A stretch of 64,000 bases of DNA from Pelagomonas calceolata (GCA_918797485.1 CAKKNE010000002.1:2914001-2978000), one strand, 5' to 3'; positions 22,242-32,643 are shown, counted from the stretch's first letter. Numbers and translations: made by a program. Notes: generated from the letters alone by a model not told the origin.

Positions 22242-23480
22242 TTATCTCGCCCCCGGCGCGGCCTGCTCCTCCGCCTCGCGCGTGAGCTGCGCCCAGAGGT
22301 CCGCCCTATCGTCGATGTCCGGGAAAATCCAGTCCGCCTCCGCGTCCACCAGTCGCCAGGCGCCCGCGCGCACCTCTCCATCCAATTGGTTGCGGCCCCA
22401 CCCCGCGTAGCCCGTCACGAAGATGGCGTCGTGGGGACGCGCGCCACTCTCAAGCAACACGCCCGCCGCCGCGTCCGCGTCGCGCCACATGTCGCCCCCC
22501 GTCAAATCTCCGTCGACGAAGGAACAGCCGCGCACGCCCTCCGGTAGATCTCCGACAACCGGCCCGTGGGCCATGCCCGGCGGCGGCCCCAAGTGGGCCC
22601 TATAGAGCATGGTCACGGCCTCCCGCGTGTCCACCGGACCGCCTCGGCCCACGAAGAACCCCCTCAAATCATCCCGTCGCTCGTCCAGCTCGACCACCCC
22701 CCGGAACTCCCGCTTGTTGATGACCAGGCCGAAGCTCCCTCGTCTATGATCGTGCTCCGTCAACAACACGACGGAGTTGCCAAATACGCCGTGCTCGATG
22801 TGCCTACTGATGAGTAACCGGCCCGCGCGGACGCCGCGAAACGGCCGTCCGTTGCGGATGATCGCCACGCGCCCGTCGCCGCGGTGCACGATGCGGATCG
22901 CGCAGAACCAGTAGACCACGATGCCGACCATCGGCGCTATGAGTACGATCGGCCGCGCCATACCCGCCGCCGTGCCTAATAAAGCCACCACAAACGTCGC
23001 CGTGTGCCTCAGGAACCACTTCGTGAAGCGCCAGCCGCGACTGGACCAGGGCTCCGCCGGCGGCGCGAGGTCGAACCGCGCGCGGCAGACGCCGCAGTAC
23101 TTTGCTTTGCGGGTCCCGGCGCACGTCCGCTGCCACTTCCGCAGGCACTCCTCGTGGACGTACTTTTGGGTGCCGTCACATTTGCAGGGCGCGATGAGCT
23201 TCCCGTCCTCGGCCCCCGAGAAGCAGATGCGGCACTGGTCTCCTTCTTCTGGCTGGGCCGCGGTCGCTGCGGTCTGGCTGCGCGTCGCCGGGCGTCTACG
23301 TCTTAATGTCTCGCGCGTCTCGCGCGCTTCCTCTTGGCGCCGTATCGTCTCGCGCGCCTCGTCCCTCTGGCGCCGTTCGTCGCGGGCCAACTGCTGGCTC
23401 ACCTGCTCCATCCACTCGCGCACGGCTTGCGGCGTCGCGGCGCGCCTGGCCCCTTCTGGGATCGCATCGCCCACCGGCAT
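22242..23480 (-). CDS. RING-CH (MARCH-type RINGv) E3 ligase with two TM helices, fused to a DUF179 (AlgH/YqgE) domain
   Basis: CRICF...LIAPCKCDGTQKYVHEECLRKW...CGVC; FGNSVVLLTEH...GSFGLVINK, GGPV, GYAGWGRNQLDGEVRAGAW. Confidence 0.85.
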   Translation of the reverse strand: MPVGDAIPEGARRAATPQAVREWMEQVSQQLARDERRQRDEARETIRRQEEARETRETLRRRRPATRSQTAATAAQPEEGDQCRICFSGAEDGKLIAPCKCDGTQKYVHEECLRKWQRTCAGTRKAKYCGVCRARFDLAPPAEPWSSRGWRFTKWFLRHTATFVVALLGTAAGMARPIVLIAPMVGIVVYWFCAIRIVHRGDGRVAIIRNGRPFRGVRAGRLLISRHIEHGVFGNSVVLLTEHDHRRGSFGLVINKREFRGVVELDERRDDLRGFFVGRGGPVDTREAVTMLYRAHLGPPPGMAHGPVVGDLPEGVRGCSFVDGDLTGGDMWRDADAAAGVLLESGARPHDAIFVTGYAGWGRNQLDGEVRAGAWRLVDAEADWIFPDIDDRADLWAQLTREAEEQAAPGAR

Positions 23481-23770
23481 GGTTTATGTTCAGTTGTGCT
23501 CTCAGCCAAAAAGCTTCTCCCTTGGCTGCTCTCTTAAACTCTAATCAACGCAGGCAGGACGAATGGACCGGTGAAGTAAGCGCTTCTCGGAGGTACTCTC
23601 GAGCTATTTCCTTTGGGTATTTGTGAGCTCACGGAGCACGGATTCAGGCTGCTCCAAGCCGCTGCCATGCGCCTGGACTAGAGCGTTTTGCCAGGACGCA
23701 TCGCTGGCAGCCGTCTTCGGAGAGGTGGCCTGCTGCGTCAGGCGTACCAGGCGTCGCATCAAAAACGCGC

Positions 23771-23790
23771 GCTAGTGTGTTACAGCTAGC
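23771..23790 (-). promoter_or_regulatory. Intergenic palindrome-like motif copy 5 (shortened)
   Basis: Reverse complement is GCTAGCTGTAACACACTAGC; lies in the divergent gap 23480/23886. Confidence 0.55.
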
Positions 23791-23885
23791 GCAAGCTGCG
23801 GATTGAAGACGCGTGTCCTCAGTGCAGCGGTTAAGCCCACGTCTTACACGCTGGAATTCGGATCTAAGGTCGCAGCACAGCCACC

Positions 23886-24575
23886 ATGCGAAGTCTCCTC
23901 ACCTGTGCGTTGGTAGCGGCCTTCGCACCGCCCCAGAGGCGCTTAGCCCCACCCAGCCGCGTGCTCCGCATGGCGGCGTCGGAGTCGCGCGGCAAGCGAG
24001 CACTGCGCTACTTAGCAGCGCCACCAAAAGGCGTGAAACGCGCCGTCAACTACATAAGGGAGCGCGCGCCCGACGCGCAAACCACGAAACGCCTCGCGAA
24101 GGCCGTGGTCTGGACGACGGCCGTCTCCCCGTTATTAGCGTCGGTCCATCCCGCGCTCGCCTACGTCGGCTACCAGCAAGAAGAGATGGACAAGATGCGC
24201 GCCGATAGTGGATCCATGAAGATCGTCCTCCCGGCCGTCGTGTTCGGCGTCCTCTTCACAAGCGCTAGACAAGGCGCGATCCAGAAGAAGGAGATCAAAC
24301 GGATCAAGAGGGCTTACAAAAAAGTGCAGGAGGAGGAGGCCGAGTACATGCAGGTCGACGGCAAGGCCGAGTCCGACGCCGACATCATGGCCTCGCTCCG
24401 GAACCGAACTGCCGCATTGGGTGATGATGATGAGGGCGACGACGACGCACCGGCGGGCGACGACGACCTACCACCGCCACCGCCGCCGCCGGCGCCCAAG
24501 AAGCGCATGACCATGGCCGAGAAGATCGCTGCGAAACAAGCAGCCATGCAGCAGAACAAGACCAAGGGTCTCTGA
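23886..24575 (+). CDS. Putative plastid-targeted membrane protein of unknown function
   Basis: Signal peptide + AF (LVAAFAPP), basic transit-like region, HPALA lumen-signal-like motif, one TM. Confidence 0.65.
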   Translation: MRSLLTCALVAAFAPPQRRLAPPSRVLRMAASESRGKRALRYLAAPPKGVKRAVNYIRERAPDAQTTKRLAKAVVWTTAVSPLLASVHPALAYVGYQQEEMDKMRADSGSMKIVLPAVVFGVLFTSARQGAIQKKEIKRIKRAYKKVQEEEAEYMQVDGKAESDADIMASLRNRTAALGDDDEGDDDAPAGDDDLPPPPPPPAPKKRMTMAEKIAAKQAAMQQNKTKGL

Positions 24576-24754
24576 GTAATGTCTTCCATGCTACTAACTA
24601 GCGCCGAGTTGTCGCAGCGATGGCGTAACCTTGGCGCCCGGGTTGGCGCTCGTCCGAGTCGCCGAGCGCACTGCTAGCCCCCCACTGTTCCCCCGTCACA
24701 CCCGCGGTACCTCAAGTGGTACCTCCGATTCACTCCTAGAATAACCAAGAAGCC

Positions 24755-26251
24755 TTACTTCTTCCAGAACGCGAGCTTCGCCAGCAGGCGTCTTAACGCA
24801 GACCGCTTCCGCCCGTCCGCGTCGAGCGTCACCCTCGATAACTCCTTGAAATACGTCGGGAACGTTTTTGAGGTGCAGCCGGGATCTAAAATTTTGACCG
24901 GCACACCCGCGCACGCCGCGAGCGCGAAGGTCATCGCAATTCTATGATCATCATAGGTCTCGATCTCGCACATCGGCTTGATTTCAGTAGGCGGCTTGAT
25001 GATACAGGTAGTAGGCTGCTCCGTCACGTCGGCGCCGAACTTCGACGTCTCCGCGACGATGGCCTTCATGCGCTCCGTCTCTTTCACCCTCCAACTCCCG
25101 ACATTCCTGATGGTCGTGGTGCCCTCCGCAACTAACGCGACGGACGCCAGCGTCATGGCAGCGTCGGGGATATCTAAACAGTCGACGTCGACACCCTTTA
25201 ACTGGGCCGGCCCACCCACCACCGTGATGTTGGTCGGGTTCATCTCGATGCGAGCGCCCATATCCTTTAGTACTTCGGCAAACCTCACGTCGCCTTGAGT
25301 TGAGGAGGACCCACACCCTACGACCGTGAGATCCCCGCCGGTCATGGCCGCGGCAGCCAAGAAGTAAGATGCTGAGGAAGCATCACCTTCCACGAAATAC
25401 GTCTGGTCAGGTAACTTTGTATTCGTGTACTTCTGACCGCTCTGGATCGTAAACTTCTTGTACCCCGGGGCTATATCTACGTTAACATCGAACTGCTTCA
25501 TGAGGTCTATGGTAAGTTGCACATAAGGCTGGGAGATCAATTCATCGGTGATCTGGATCTCTAGGGGTTTCGTTCTCGCTAGTAAGGGTGAAGCGAGCAG
25601 TAATGCCGACAAGAACTGACTCGACGTTTTGCCCGAGACCCTACAGATGCCACCGTCGACTTCCTTCTCCGTCGGTTCCGCTTTTACTGGAGGACAGCCC
25701 CCGAACTCGCCATTCACAGTGCACTCGACGTTGCATCCCAGTTGCTGGAGGCCGTCTATCAAGTCTGAGATGGGCCGTTCCCGCATCCGGGGCGTGCCGT
25801 CCAACGTAAAAGACGTACCGTCGACCGCAGCGACCGCAGCCACAACAGCAGCCAACGGGCGCATGGCCGTGCCCGCGTTGCCCAGGAACAAGTCTTTTCC
25901 GGGTGCTTTTAACGATCCCGTGGAGGTGACTCTCACCGCGGAGTCGCCGAGGTCCTTCACTTTCACGCCCATGGCGTCCAAGGCTTCTAACATTCTTTCT
26001 GTATCATCAGAAGCCAACAGGTTCTCGACGACGGTCTCGCCCTCGCACAGCGCCGCTAAGAGTAGTGCGCGGTTCGACAGCGACTTGGACCCCGGCAGCC
26101 GGACGACGCCGCCGACCTTGGCGATGGGTTCCACGACCAGGGAGTCGACGGCTGATAATGTTGTGCCCTTGCGGAGGGGCGTCTGCAGCTGCGGTTGCAG
26201 GAATGCGGCCGCGCCGGCGAGGCAGGCCAAGCTCAGTGTGAGGCGCGCCAT
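24755..26251 (-). CDS. aroA: 3-phosphoshikimate 1-carboxyvinyltransferase (EPSP synthase), plastid-targeted
   Basis: LPGSKSLSNRALL, LGNAGTAMRPL, SSQFLSALL, EGDASSASYF, RVKETER, DDHRIAM, KTFP; bipartite AAAF presequence. Confidence 0.97.
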   Translation of the reverse strand: MARLTLSLACLAGAAAFLQPQLQTPLRKGTTLSAVDSLVVEPIAKVGGVVRLPGSKSLSNRALLLAALCEGETVVENLLASDDTERMLEALDAMGVKVKDLGDSAVRVTSTGSLKAPGKDLFLGNAGTAMRPLAAVVAAVAAVDGTSFTLDGTPRMRERPISDLIDGLQQLGCNVECTVNGEFGGCPPVKAEPTEKEVDGGICRVSGKTSSQFLSALLLASPLLARTKPLEIQITDELISQPYVQLTIDLMKQFDVNVDIAPGYKKFTIQSGQKYTNTKLPDQTYFVEGDASSASYFLAAAAMTGGDLTVVGCGSSSTQGDVRFAEVLKDMGARIEMNPTNITVVGGPAQLKGVDVDCLDIPDAAMTLASVALVAEGTTTIRNVGSWRVKETERMKAIVAETSKFGADVTEQPTTCIIKPPTEIKPMCEIETYDDHRIAMTFALAACAGVPVKILDPGCTSKTFPTYFKELSRVTLDADGRKRSALRRLLAKLAFWKK

Positions 26252-26369
26252 TGGTCTCGTTGCCGCGTGTGCGCTAGCGAGGGGATGTGTGCTCTAGGCT
26301 GCGGCGGCGTGCTGCTTTGAGAATGCACAAGCGTGCAGTTCTAGCTTGTGCAAGGGCCTCATAAAATTA

Positions 26370-26393
26370 GCTAGCGGCATGTAAGACACTAGC
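26370..26393 (+). promoter_or_regulatory. Intergenic palindrome-like motif copy 6 (divergent promoter)
   Basis: GCTAGCGGCATGTAAGACACTAGC between the starts at 26251(-) and 26540(+). Confidence 0.7.
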
Positions 26394-26539
26394 AAGAGCA
26401 GACTATCGAGCTGAACGGCTCTAAACACTGTCCCTGAGTTCCGAATTCATCTGCTCAGATACGTTCTCACCCCACTTGCTGCGTCGGAGCATCGCTTGGG
26501 CGTAGACAACCCCCACAAGTGCTGTACAGCAGGGATAGC

Positions 26540-27640
26540 ATGAGTGCCTGGTTCGGCAGCAGCAGCACCCCACGGGTCGCGCAAGACCCGCAACCGCCAC
26601 CCGAAAGCGACGCGCCGACGCACCCGAACGAACCAGCCTGGGAGCTCGTGGAGGCCCTCGAGGCGCGCGTGAAACAGCACGACGGCGCGACGCCCTTCGT
26701 GACGCTGAGCTGGGCCCAAGGCTTAGATGGCAGCATGGCCCATGCTAGTAAGGATGACCCGCGGCTGATGCTGAGCGGGTCGGAGTCCATGGCGTTCACT
26801 CATGGTTTAAGAAAAGCCCACACGGCTATAATGGTAGGACGGGGCACGATTTCGGGAGACGACCCTAGATTAAGCGTGAGGATGGACATCGACGGCAAAG
26901 AAATCCAGGTCGAGGAGCAGCCCGCCGCTATCATACTAGACGGTTCTCTGAGTACACCACCCTCTTCAAAAATCGTGAGCCAAGCGAAAATGAGACGCGT
27001 CATTATACTAACAAGAGGGGACTCCGATACCATGTGCGACTTCCAGGAGAAGCCCCCAAAAACGTGGTCCATGGCGAAGATCCAGCGGGGCGCGGCGTTG
27101 TCGTGTCGCGGTGCAAAAGTCATGTGCCTGCCTTCCACCTCTCTGGAAGACATTCTCAAGGCGCTGAAAACGCTTGATATACATTCAGTCTTCGTCGAGG
27201 GTGGTGTTAGTGTTGTGGACGCGTTCCTCAGACGACCAGATCTCGTCGATCAGGTCGTCGTGACGGTGGCGCCGCTGTTCGTGGGTGGGCGGCGGCCACC
27301 GAAGGGACCGTTAGAAGCGCCGCTGCGACTATCAAATGTCGAGACTTTGACATTGGGCGACGACGTCGTCGTGTCAGGTCAAATGCCTTCAGCCGTCGAC
27401 TTCGCGAACGTCGCGCCCGAATTTGCTGATAGAGGCGAGCTGAGCGACGTGACGCAGGACGAGGATGATGATGAGGATTTGACAGAATTCGAGCGCCTGG
27501 CCCGGAAGCACGCCGACGCGAAAAGATTAAGGGAGGAGCGCGCCGAGCGGGATCGGTTATCGAAGGAGCACGGGCTGGCGCCGGACGATCCCCTGATTAC
27601 GCAGGCCATCGAGGAAGCGCGGGCGCTGGATGAAACCTAA
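26540..27640 (+). CDS. RibD C-terminal/RIB7-like pyrimidine reductase (riboflavin biosynthesis)
   Basis: PFVTLSWAQGLDG, HGLRKAHTAIMVGRGT..DDPRLSVR, SVFVEGG, VTVAPLFVGG; no deaminase domain. Confidence 0.85.
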   Translation: MSAWFGSSSTPRVAQDPQPPPESDAPTHPNEPAWELVEALEARVKQHDGATPFVTLSWAQGLDGSMAHASKDDPRLMLSGSESMAFTHGLRKAHTAIMVGRGTISGDDPRLSVRMDIDGKEIQVEEQPAAIILDGSLSTPPSSKIVSQAKMRRVIILTRGDSDTMCDFQEKPPKTWSMAKIQRGAALSCRGAKVMCLPSTSLEDILKALKTLDIHSVFVEGGVSVVDAFLRRPDLVDQVVVTVAPLFVGGRRPPKGPLEAPLRLSNVETLTLGDDVVVSGQMPSAVDFANVAPEFADRGELSDVTQDEDDDEDLTEFERLARKHADAKRLREERAERDRLSKEHGLAPDDPLITQAIEEARALDET

Positions 27641-27669
27641 CAATTTTGTACTTATATTCACACAACTAA

Positions 27670-30285
27670 CTACATATAATTCTCCCGGAGCTCTGACGGC
27701 ATGCTTTCCTTCGACTCCGGCACACCCTCATCAATAATGGGAGGAGGCATGACGCGATCGTCCGAAGTAGCAGGATCCAGCAACTCGTCCAACGGCGTCT
27801 CGAGGGACACCATGGGCTCCCTCGCTCGCTCCGCAGCCTTGCGAGCCTTCTCGAACATGGGGTGGTCCGGCGCGTCCGGATACCTATCTTCAAAAGTTTG
27901 AGCGTGCTCCCGGGCCATGCGCTCCTGTTTCTCTTTGGACGGCGCTTTGGCACTGCCATCAGAGCCGCCGTACGAGAACCGAAAACCCCCGTCGCCGCCG
28001 CCGGTCTCGACGTTGCAGCCCATCTTCCGCAGACCCTCGAAGAGCGACTCCAGCGGCTTGTCGCCGTCCATGGTCCAGGCCCTTTTATCGTCCGGTAGCC
28101 CCTCTTCCTGCACATCTTGATACTTCCAGGGCCTCGATGGCACATTCGGCGCGTCCCGCTCCTGCTGTTTATAGCGTTCCTCGGCCTCCCGTTTCCGTTG
28201 CTGGAAGTAGTCGTCGACGTGTTGCGACGCGGGATGTTCTGCCGGTCTAGCTGCCTCTTCCCTATCGACCTCGCCATACAGATCAGGTGCGGTATAAGGC
28301 TTCGACGACGGTTCGGCCTTGCGCCCGACGGCTTCCGCTTTTTCCGCCCACCGTTTCCGCGCCGCCCTCACCTCGTCTTCGTGCATTCCTAAAATGTCGG
28401 GCGTGATGCGACAGTTCGACGGACCGTAGGCGAAGTGCGACGCATGACCAAACTTCGACTTCTTCTCACGGACAGGAGGCGTCGGCTTCGCGTCGCCCCG
28501 CATCTCCAGCAACGCGTCCGCGAAGGGGTAATTCGAGCCGTCGGGCCACCAGGATGTAAAAGTGAAGCGGCCGCAGGGGCTCCTCTTGAAGTATTGAAAC
28601 TCGCGCTTCTTCGGCTTGTCTCGGGCGTCTATGATATCTTTCTCAGATAATTCATCACTGCTACATTCGAAGGCTAGCCTTCGGTCGTCTATACTAAAAC
28701 AGAAGGGCCCGTCGGTAACGTCTCGCAGCAGCTCGTAGCGTTCCCGCCCACCTTGCGACGCCAGCACCACGAAGCCCGTCGTGTTTACTACTTCTGTAGA
28801 TATTACTGAGAGGCCGCACGTTGATACAATACGGTCTCGGAAACACGTGTTGACCAACCACTCTACACCTTCACGGAAGACTTCAGTCGTACCCGAGAAG
28901 CGGCATCTCAATATGAGAACGTAGGGCTGGTAGCCCTCTACTTTAGCCATCCTCCCATCTATCTGGGACCACAACTCACATGCTTCCCGGAACGTTGGGC
29001 GCCGCGCGACGTCCTCCCGCGCCGCTCGGACCAAGCCTAGTCTCCGCTTGTCGTCATAAATCCCGGGCCAGCCCGGTCCATTAAGTGGGTCCCACGCATG
29101 CTTCTCTTGCAGCAGGCGGTGGCGCACGTCCTCTTCACTTAAAACTTCTACGCCGCCCCAATTCCCGACCTCCGCCGGGCAGCACCTCAGACAATCAAAG
29201 CTCGCCACGTCGTCTCTCCGCAACCCCGGGAAGAAGACGAAGAAGCCCCCTTCTTCCTTAGTTTTGAACTTGCCCAGTCTAGGTGTCGCATTATCAATAT
29301 CGCCCGCGCGGCCGCTCAGCAGTCGATGCTCCGTGACCGGTCTCACATGATGGATACTTCGGCATAGGCGCAGGTGTGCCGTTTTTATGTTCTTCGAGAA
29401 GCACGACGGCGTCCGCCGCAACTCTTCCAAGGATGCCTCATGTGAATCCGTTGATGAGAACCAGACCCGTAGCCGGTGCTCGACGCGGCGCTGCACCCAG
29501 CCGCGCTTGCCGTTGAGCTTGCGGCCTTCTTCTGTGGTGAGACCGAAGACCTCGACCAATATAGGTTCGTTGTTCCGAAAGGACGCTATACTCATCGGTG
29601 CGCTTTCTATCAACGAGTACTGCAAAGGATGCGGCTCCGACGACTCATTTTCATAGTCGGACGGCTTTTCTCCCGGTTCCGCCGCCTCCTCGAGCATCCG
29701 TCGCGCTTTGATGAGTTTCAGACGGTACTCCTCTGGCACGCTGTCCAGTAGACCTTGGAAATCAGAATCAGTGTAGTTGCCCAGTTGCGCGCCGATCTTT
29801 TCATCCGGCGCGTAGACGTTGCCCGGCGCGCCGGAGGCGCCTCGCGCATACGGTGTCTTTTTTTCTTCTTCTTCTGGTGGGCCGTACTTGAAAACGAGGA
29901 CCGCGCCGATGGCCAGTAGTACTAAAAATCCCGCGACGAGGAAGGCACACGCTCCCGCGGCTTTCAACGCAAGGATCACCGGATAGAGGCTTCTTGTATA
30001 AACGCTCCACACCAAAATGACCGCGGCGATGGCTTTGCGGTATTTGCTGCTCGGCACCAGTAAGTGATTCGGCACCAGTAAGAAGAGCGCGGCGCCGGCG
30101 GCGCCCACGAAAGCTATTGCGGCGACAACTTTGAGTGGGAATAGAATAGGAGTGATGCTGCGCGTCTTGGCCATCCAGGCTACGACGACGGCTAGCGCGG
30201 CCTTGCGGTACATGTTGTACTGCGTCGGCGCTGCGGCCGCCGCCGGCGCTGCGGCGCGGCTTTGCTCGGCGGCATCGCTCGCCAT
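27670..30285 (-). CDS. Hypothetical membrane-anchored protein with a duplicated N-terminal TM unit and a small SH3-like 'GL..LNGKRG' module
   Basis: Long ORF; 56-aa N-terminal repeat; VEVFGLTTEEGRKLNGKRGWV...RLRVWF...KNIKTAHL. Confidence 0.6.
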   Translation of the reverse strand: MASDAAEQSRAAAPAAAAAPTQYNMYRKAALAVVVAWMAKTRSITPILFPLKVVAAIAFVGAAGAALFLLVPNHLLVPSSKYRKAIAAVILVWSVYTRSLYPVILALKAAGACAFLVAGFLVLLAIGAVLVFKYGPPEEEEKKTPYARGASGAPGNVYAPDEKIGAQLGNYTDSDFQGLLDSVPEEYRLKLIKARRMLEEAAEPGEKPSDYENESSEPHPLQYSLIESAPMSIASFRNNEPILVEVFGLTTEEGRKLNGKRGWVQRRVEHRLRVWFSSTDSHEASLEELRRTPSCFSKNIKTAHLRLCRSIHHVRPVTEHRLLSGRAGDIDNATPRLGKFKTKEEGGFFVFFPGLRRDDVASFDCLRCCPAEVGNWGGVEVLSEEDVRHRLLQEKHAWDPLNGPGWPGIYDDKRRLGLVRAAREDVARRPTFREACELWSQIDGRMAKVEGYQPYVLILRCRFSGTTEVFREGVEWLVNTCFRDRIVSTCGLSVISTEVVNTTGFVVLASQGGRERYELLRDVTDGPFCFSIDDRRLAFECSSDELSEKDIIDARDKPKKREFQYFKRSPCGRFTFTSWWPDGSNYPFADALLEMRGDAKPTPPVREKKSKFGHASHFAYGPSNCRITPDILGMHEDEVRAARKRWAEKAEAVGRKAEPSSKPYTAPDLYGEVDREEAARPAEHPASQHVDDYFQQRKREAEERYKQQERDAPNVPSRPWKYQDVQEEGLPDDKRAWTMDGDKPLESLFEGLRKMGCNVETGGGDGGFRFSYGGSDGSAKAPSKEKQERMAREHAQTFEDRYPDAPDHPMFEKARKAAERAREPMVSLETPLDELLDPATSDDRVMPPPIIDEGVPESKESMPSELRENYM

Positions 30286-30480
30286 GGCTCGCCAGACCGA
30301 TGATAGCTGTCTGAGCCTCGTGCCCTCTTCTGCCAAGCCCCTGGCGCTCTATTGGGCCTCGAAGAACCGAATCAATGGTCGCGCTGCCGCACCTGTGCCA
30401 GGAGATGCCGTGCTCCTTTGCACTATTTGAATTGTGCGGCTTACAGCGCGTGGCGCCCGGATAATGTCCCGCCGCGCCGG

Positions 30481-30504
30481 CCTAGCGTCATGTAAGACAC
30501 TAGC
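30481..30504 (+). promoter_or_regulatory. Intergenic palindrome-like motif copy 7 (divergent promoter)
   Basis: CCTAGCGTCATGTAAGACACTAGC between the starts at 30285(-) and 30686(+). Confidence 0.7.
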
Positions 30505-30685
30505 ATACAGCCAGCCTCAGCTGCAGTCTTGCGTGTCGTGGTGCAAAAGCCGTCGTGGAGGCTCTCTCTCCTGTATTTGCACGGCAGCATAGTGCAGCAC
30601 AACTTGCTGCCACTGCTCTGCACTCTTAGTCGGCAGCATTGCAGCAAAATTTGCTGCCACTCAGTCACTGCACCACTCACAACCG

Positions 30686-31396
30686 ATGCTCCTCCGCCGC
30701 ACGACCGCCGCCGCGGCGCGACGCATTTCACAAAGACGCCACCTCGGCTACGTCGAATTGGAACGGGACGTCGTCGCTCCACAACATTTAGCAGAGTACC
30801 GCGCCATGCTCGCGGCGCACGCTCCCCAACGTAAAAGACTCGACGAGGGCTACCTGGGCAGTTTTGGGGTGGACGTCGGCCGCGCGTCGAGCGTCTACCA
30901 CCTGTCCGTGTTTGAGGACTACGACCAGCGGGACGCGCGCGAGGCGACGGAGGGGCTGCGCTTCTTCCATCAGGGCGTCCAGAGTTTGGAGTCCTCCGTC
31001 TTCAAGGAGGCCTCCGCCACATTGAACGAGGCGGGACTCCCGGGTCTACAAGATGGCCTCGACGCCGTGCAAGGCTGCGCGTTCGAGCTGCGGACGTACG
31101 AATTGCAATTAGGCTACGACACGGTCCCGAACTTTCTGGAAATTTATTCGGGTGGTTTGAAAGATAAAATGGAGCACGACGACTCCGGCGAGTCGCGGCT
31201 CATCTCCCTGTTACACAGCGAGGCGGGCGTCGCGCCGCTGAACACGGTCATAGAACTATGGCGCCACGAGAGCGCGCAGGGCGCGCAGCGGTCGCGCCTG
31301 GCGTCGCGCAAGGCGACGTCGTGGCGCCGGGCCGTCAACCACATCGCCGAGCTCTCGACGCGCTTCGAGACGCAGCTGCTCCGGCCCATCTTTTGA
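30686..31396 (+). CDS. NIPSNAP family protein, mitochondrial
   Basis: Arg-rich presequence; FELRTYELQLG, LNTVIELWR, two NIPSNAP-like halves. Confidence 0.8.
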   Translation: MLLRRTTAAAARRISQRRHLGYVELERDVVAPQHLAEYRAMLAAHAPQRKRLDEGYLGSFGVDVGRASSVYHLSVFEDYDQRDAREATEGLRFFHQGVQSLESSVFKEASATLNEAGLPGLQDGLDAVQGCAFELRTYELQLGYDTVPNFLEIYSGGLKDKMEHDDSGESRLISLLHSEAGVAPLNTVIELWRHESAQGAQRSRLASRKATSWRRAVNHIAELSTRFETQLLRPIF

Positions 31397-31438
31397 GTGG
31401 CGGTGTCGCGAGATTGATTAACTAACAAAACTGTGTTT

Positions 31439-32407
31439 CTACCGGATAACGGACCGCGCATCGCAGACGCGGAGCCGCCGGAGCAGTGTGACAACTTCCG
31501 CCGCGGCACGGCCGTTGCGGCCAGGGAAGGGATGCGAATAGCCGCCCAGTTCCTCGCGGCCGCGCGGCCATATCGGAGCGAGCGTCGCGGCGTCGATCGA
31601 GGCGTCGCCTCTGATAATTCGGTCGAGGAGCCGGTGTTCCTTCTCGGCGACGTAGTGAAACGATATAACATCGGACGACACCGCGGACGCGTCGGCGGCG
31701 AACGGCTCCGGGGGGTCAATATTTTTCTTTTTGTTCACGAGCCAGTCGTCGATGGCGCCGGTGGCGAGGCGGACCGGGCCATAGACGTGGAAGCGTTCGG
31801 CGCCCGACGCCTCGCGCGTATCTATCGCGACCACGTCAAAGCGCTTCAGACACAACGCGATCTGCGCCTTTTTCGAACTAGGGTCGCACTTCTCGTCTGT
31901 CTCGCCGGCGTCAATCTCGCGCCACCTTTTCACAAACAACTCGACGGCCGCCCGGTTCACCGCGTAGCCCGCGGCTGCCGAGTTGAACAGCCCACAGCAA
32001 GGGCCCCAGAGGCGTAGGCCCGCGTACACGGGCTCCGTCCGCGAGAGACCGCTCAAATAGCAGGCCAGGTTCTCGGCGACAAGAAACGTGTGGTCGTTCA
32101 TCCAGAAGTACCAACTGTGCCGTCCCTCCAGCGCCTGGCGCAGCGCGTACACGTGCGCGCGAAATTGATTAAATCTAGGTGTGTGGTCTTCGATTGGTAG
32201 TTCCCACGCTTGGATCGAGCCCGTCGCGTTTCGTGCGGCCAGCGTTTTGATCGACAGGGCCGCGTCCTCGTGGTCTCGCGCAATCAATACAGCGATGCGC
32301 GCACGTCGTCCGAGCGTGTCAGCGATGGCACCCAGTCGCGTCGCGCGCGGGCCGGGGCCGCGCACCGGGGAGAGGCTCACGATGCACAGCAGACCTTCGA
32401 TGAGCAT
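31439..32407 (-). CDS. GT31/Fringe-like (C1GALT1-like) glycosyltransferase
   Basis: WYFWMNDHTFLVAENL..YLS....PVYAG...FNSAAAGYAVNRAAV, CLK, D.R...G.ERFH, ISFHYV. Confidence 0.75.
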   Translation of the reverse strand: MLIEGLLCIVSLSPVRGPGPRATRLGAIADTLGRRARIAVLIARDHEDAALSIKTLAARNATGSIQAWELPIEDHTPRFNQFRAHVYALRQALEGRHSWYFWMNDHTFLVAENLACYLSGLSRTEPVYAGLRLWGPCCGLFNSAAAGYAVNRAAVELFVKRWREIDAGETDEKCDPSSKKAQIALCLKRFDVVAIDTREASGAERFHVYGPVRLATGAIDDWLVNKKKNIDPPEPFAADASAVSSDVISFHYVAEKEHRLLDRIIRGDASIDAATLAPIWPRGREELGGYSHPFPGRNGRAAAEVVTLLRRLRVCDARSVIR

Positions 32408-32420
32408 TCTTTTTGCAGCA

Positions 32421-32477
32421 CTGCGGGTCGTGTGGGCACCGATGCCGCCCTGCGGGTCGTGTGGGCACCGATGCCGC
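32421..32477. repeat. Tandem duplication, 2 x 28 bp (period 29)
   Basis: CTGCGGGTCGTGTGGGCACCGATGCCGC at 32421-32448 and 32450-32477. Confidence 0.9.
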
Positions 32478-32643
32478 ACTGGAAATGAATTGCTCTCTCT
32501 GGGTGCGGGAGAGCACTGCGAAGTGGCAGCTCGCACGGATGCTGGGTTGAGTCCAACTGGTTCTTAGGCTACAGCTACGTGTCGAAAGCGCTGGTTTGCA
32601 TCATTTTAGACGCATGGCCAAGTGCGGCGCTGGCTGGCTCTTT

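Noticed and set aside
24755..27640. aroA and RibD-like reductase as a horizontally acquired bacterial operon
   Set aside because: The genes are divergent, aroA has a host-type plastid presequence, and composition looks like that of neighbouring genes.
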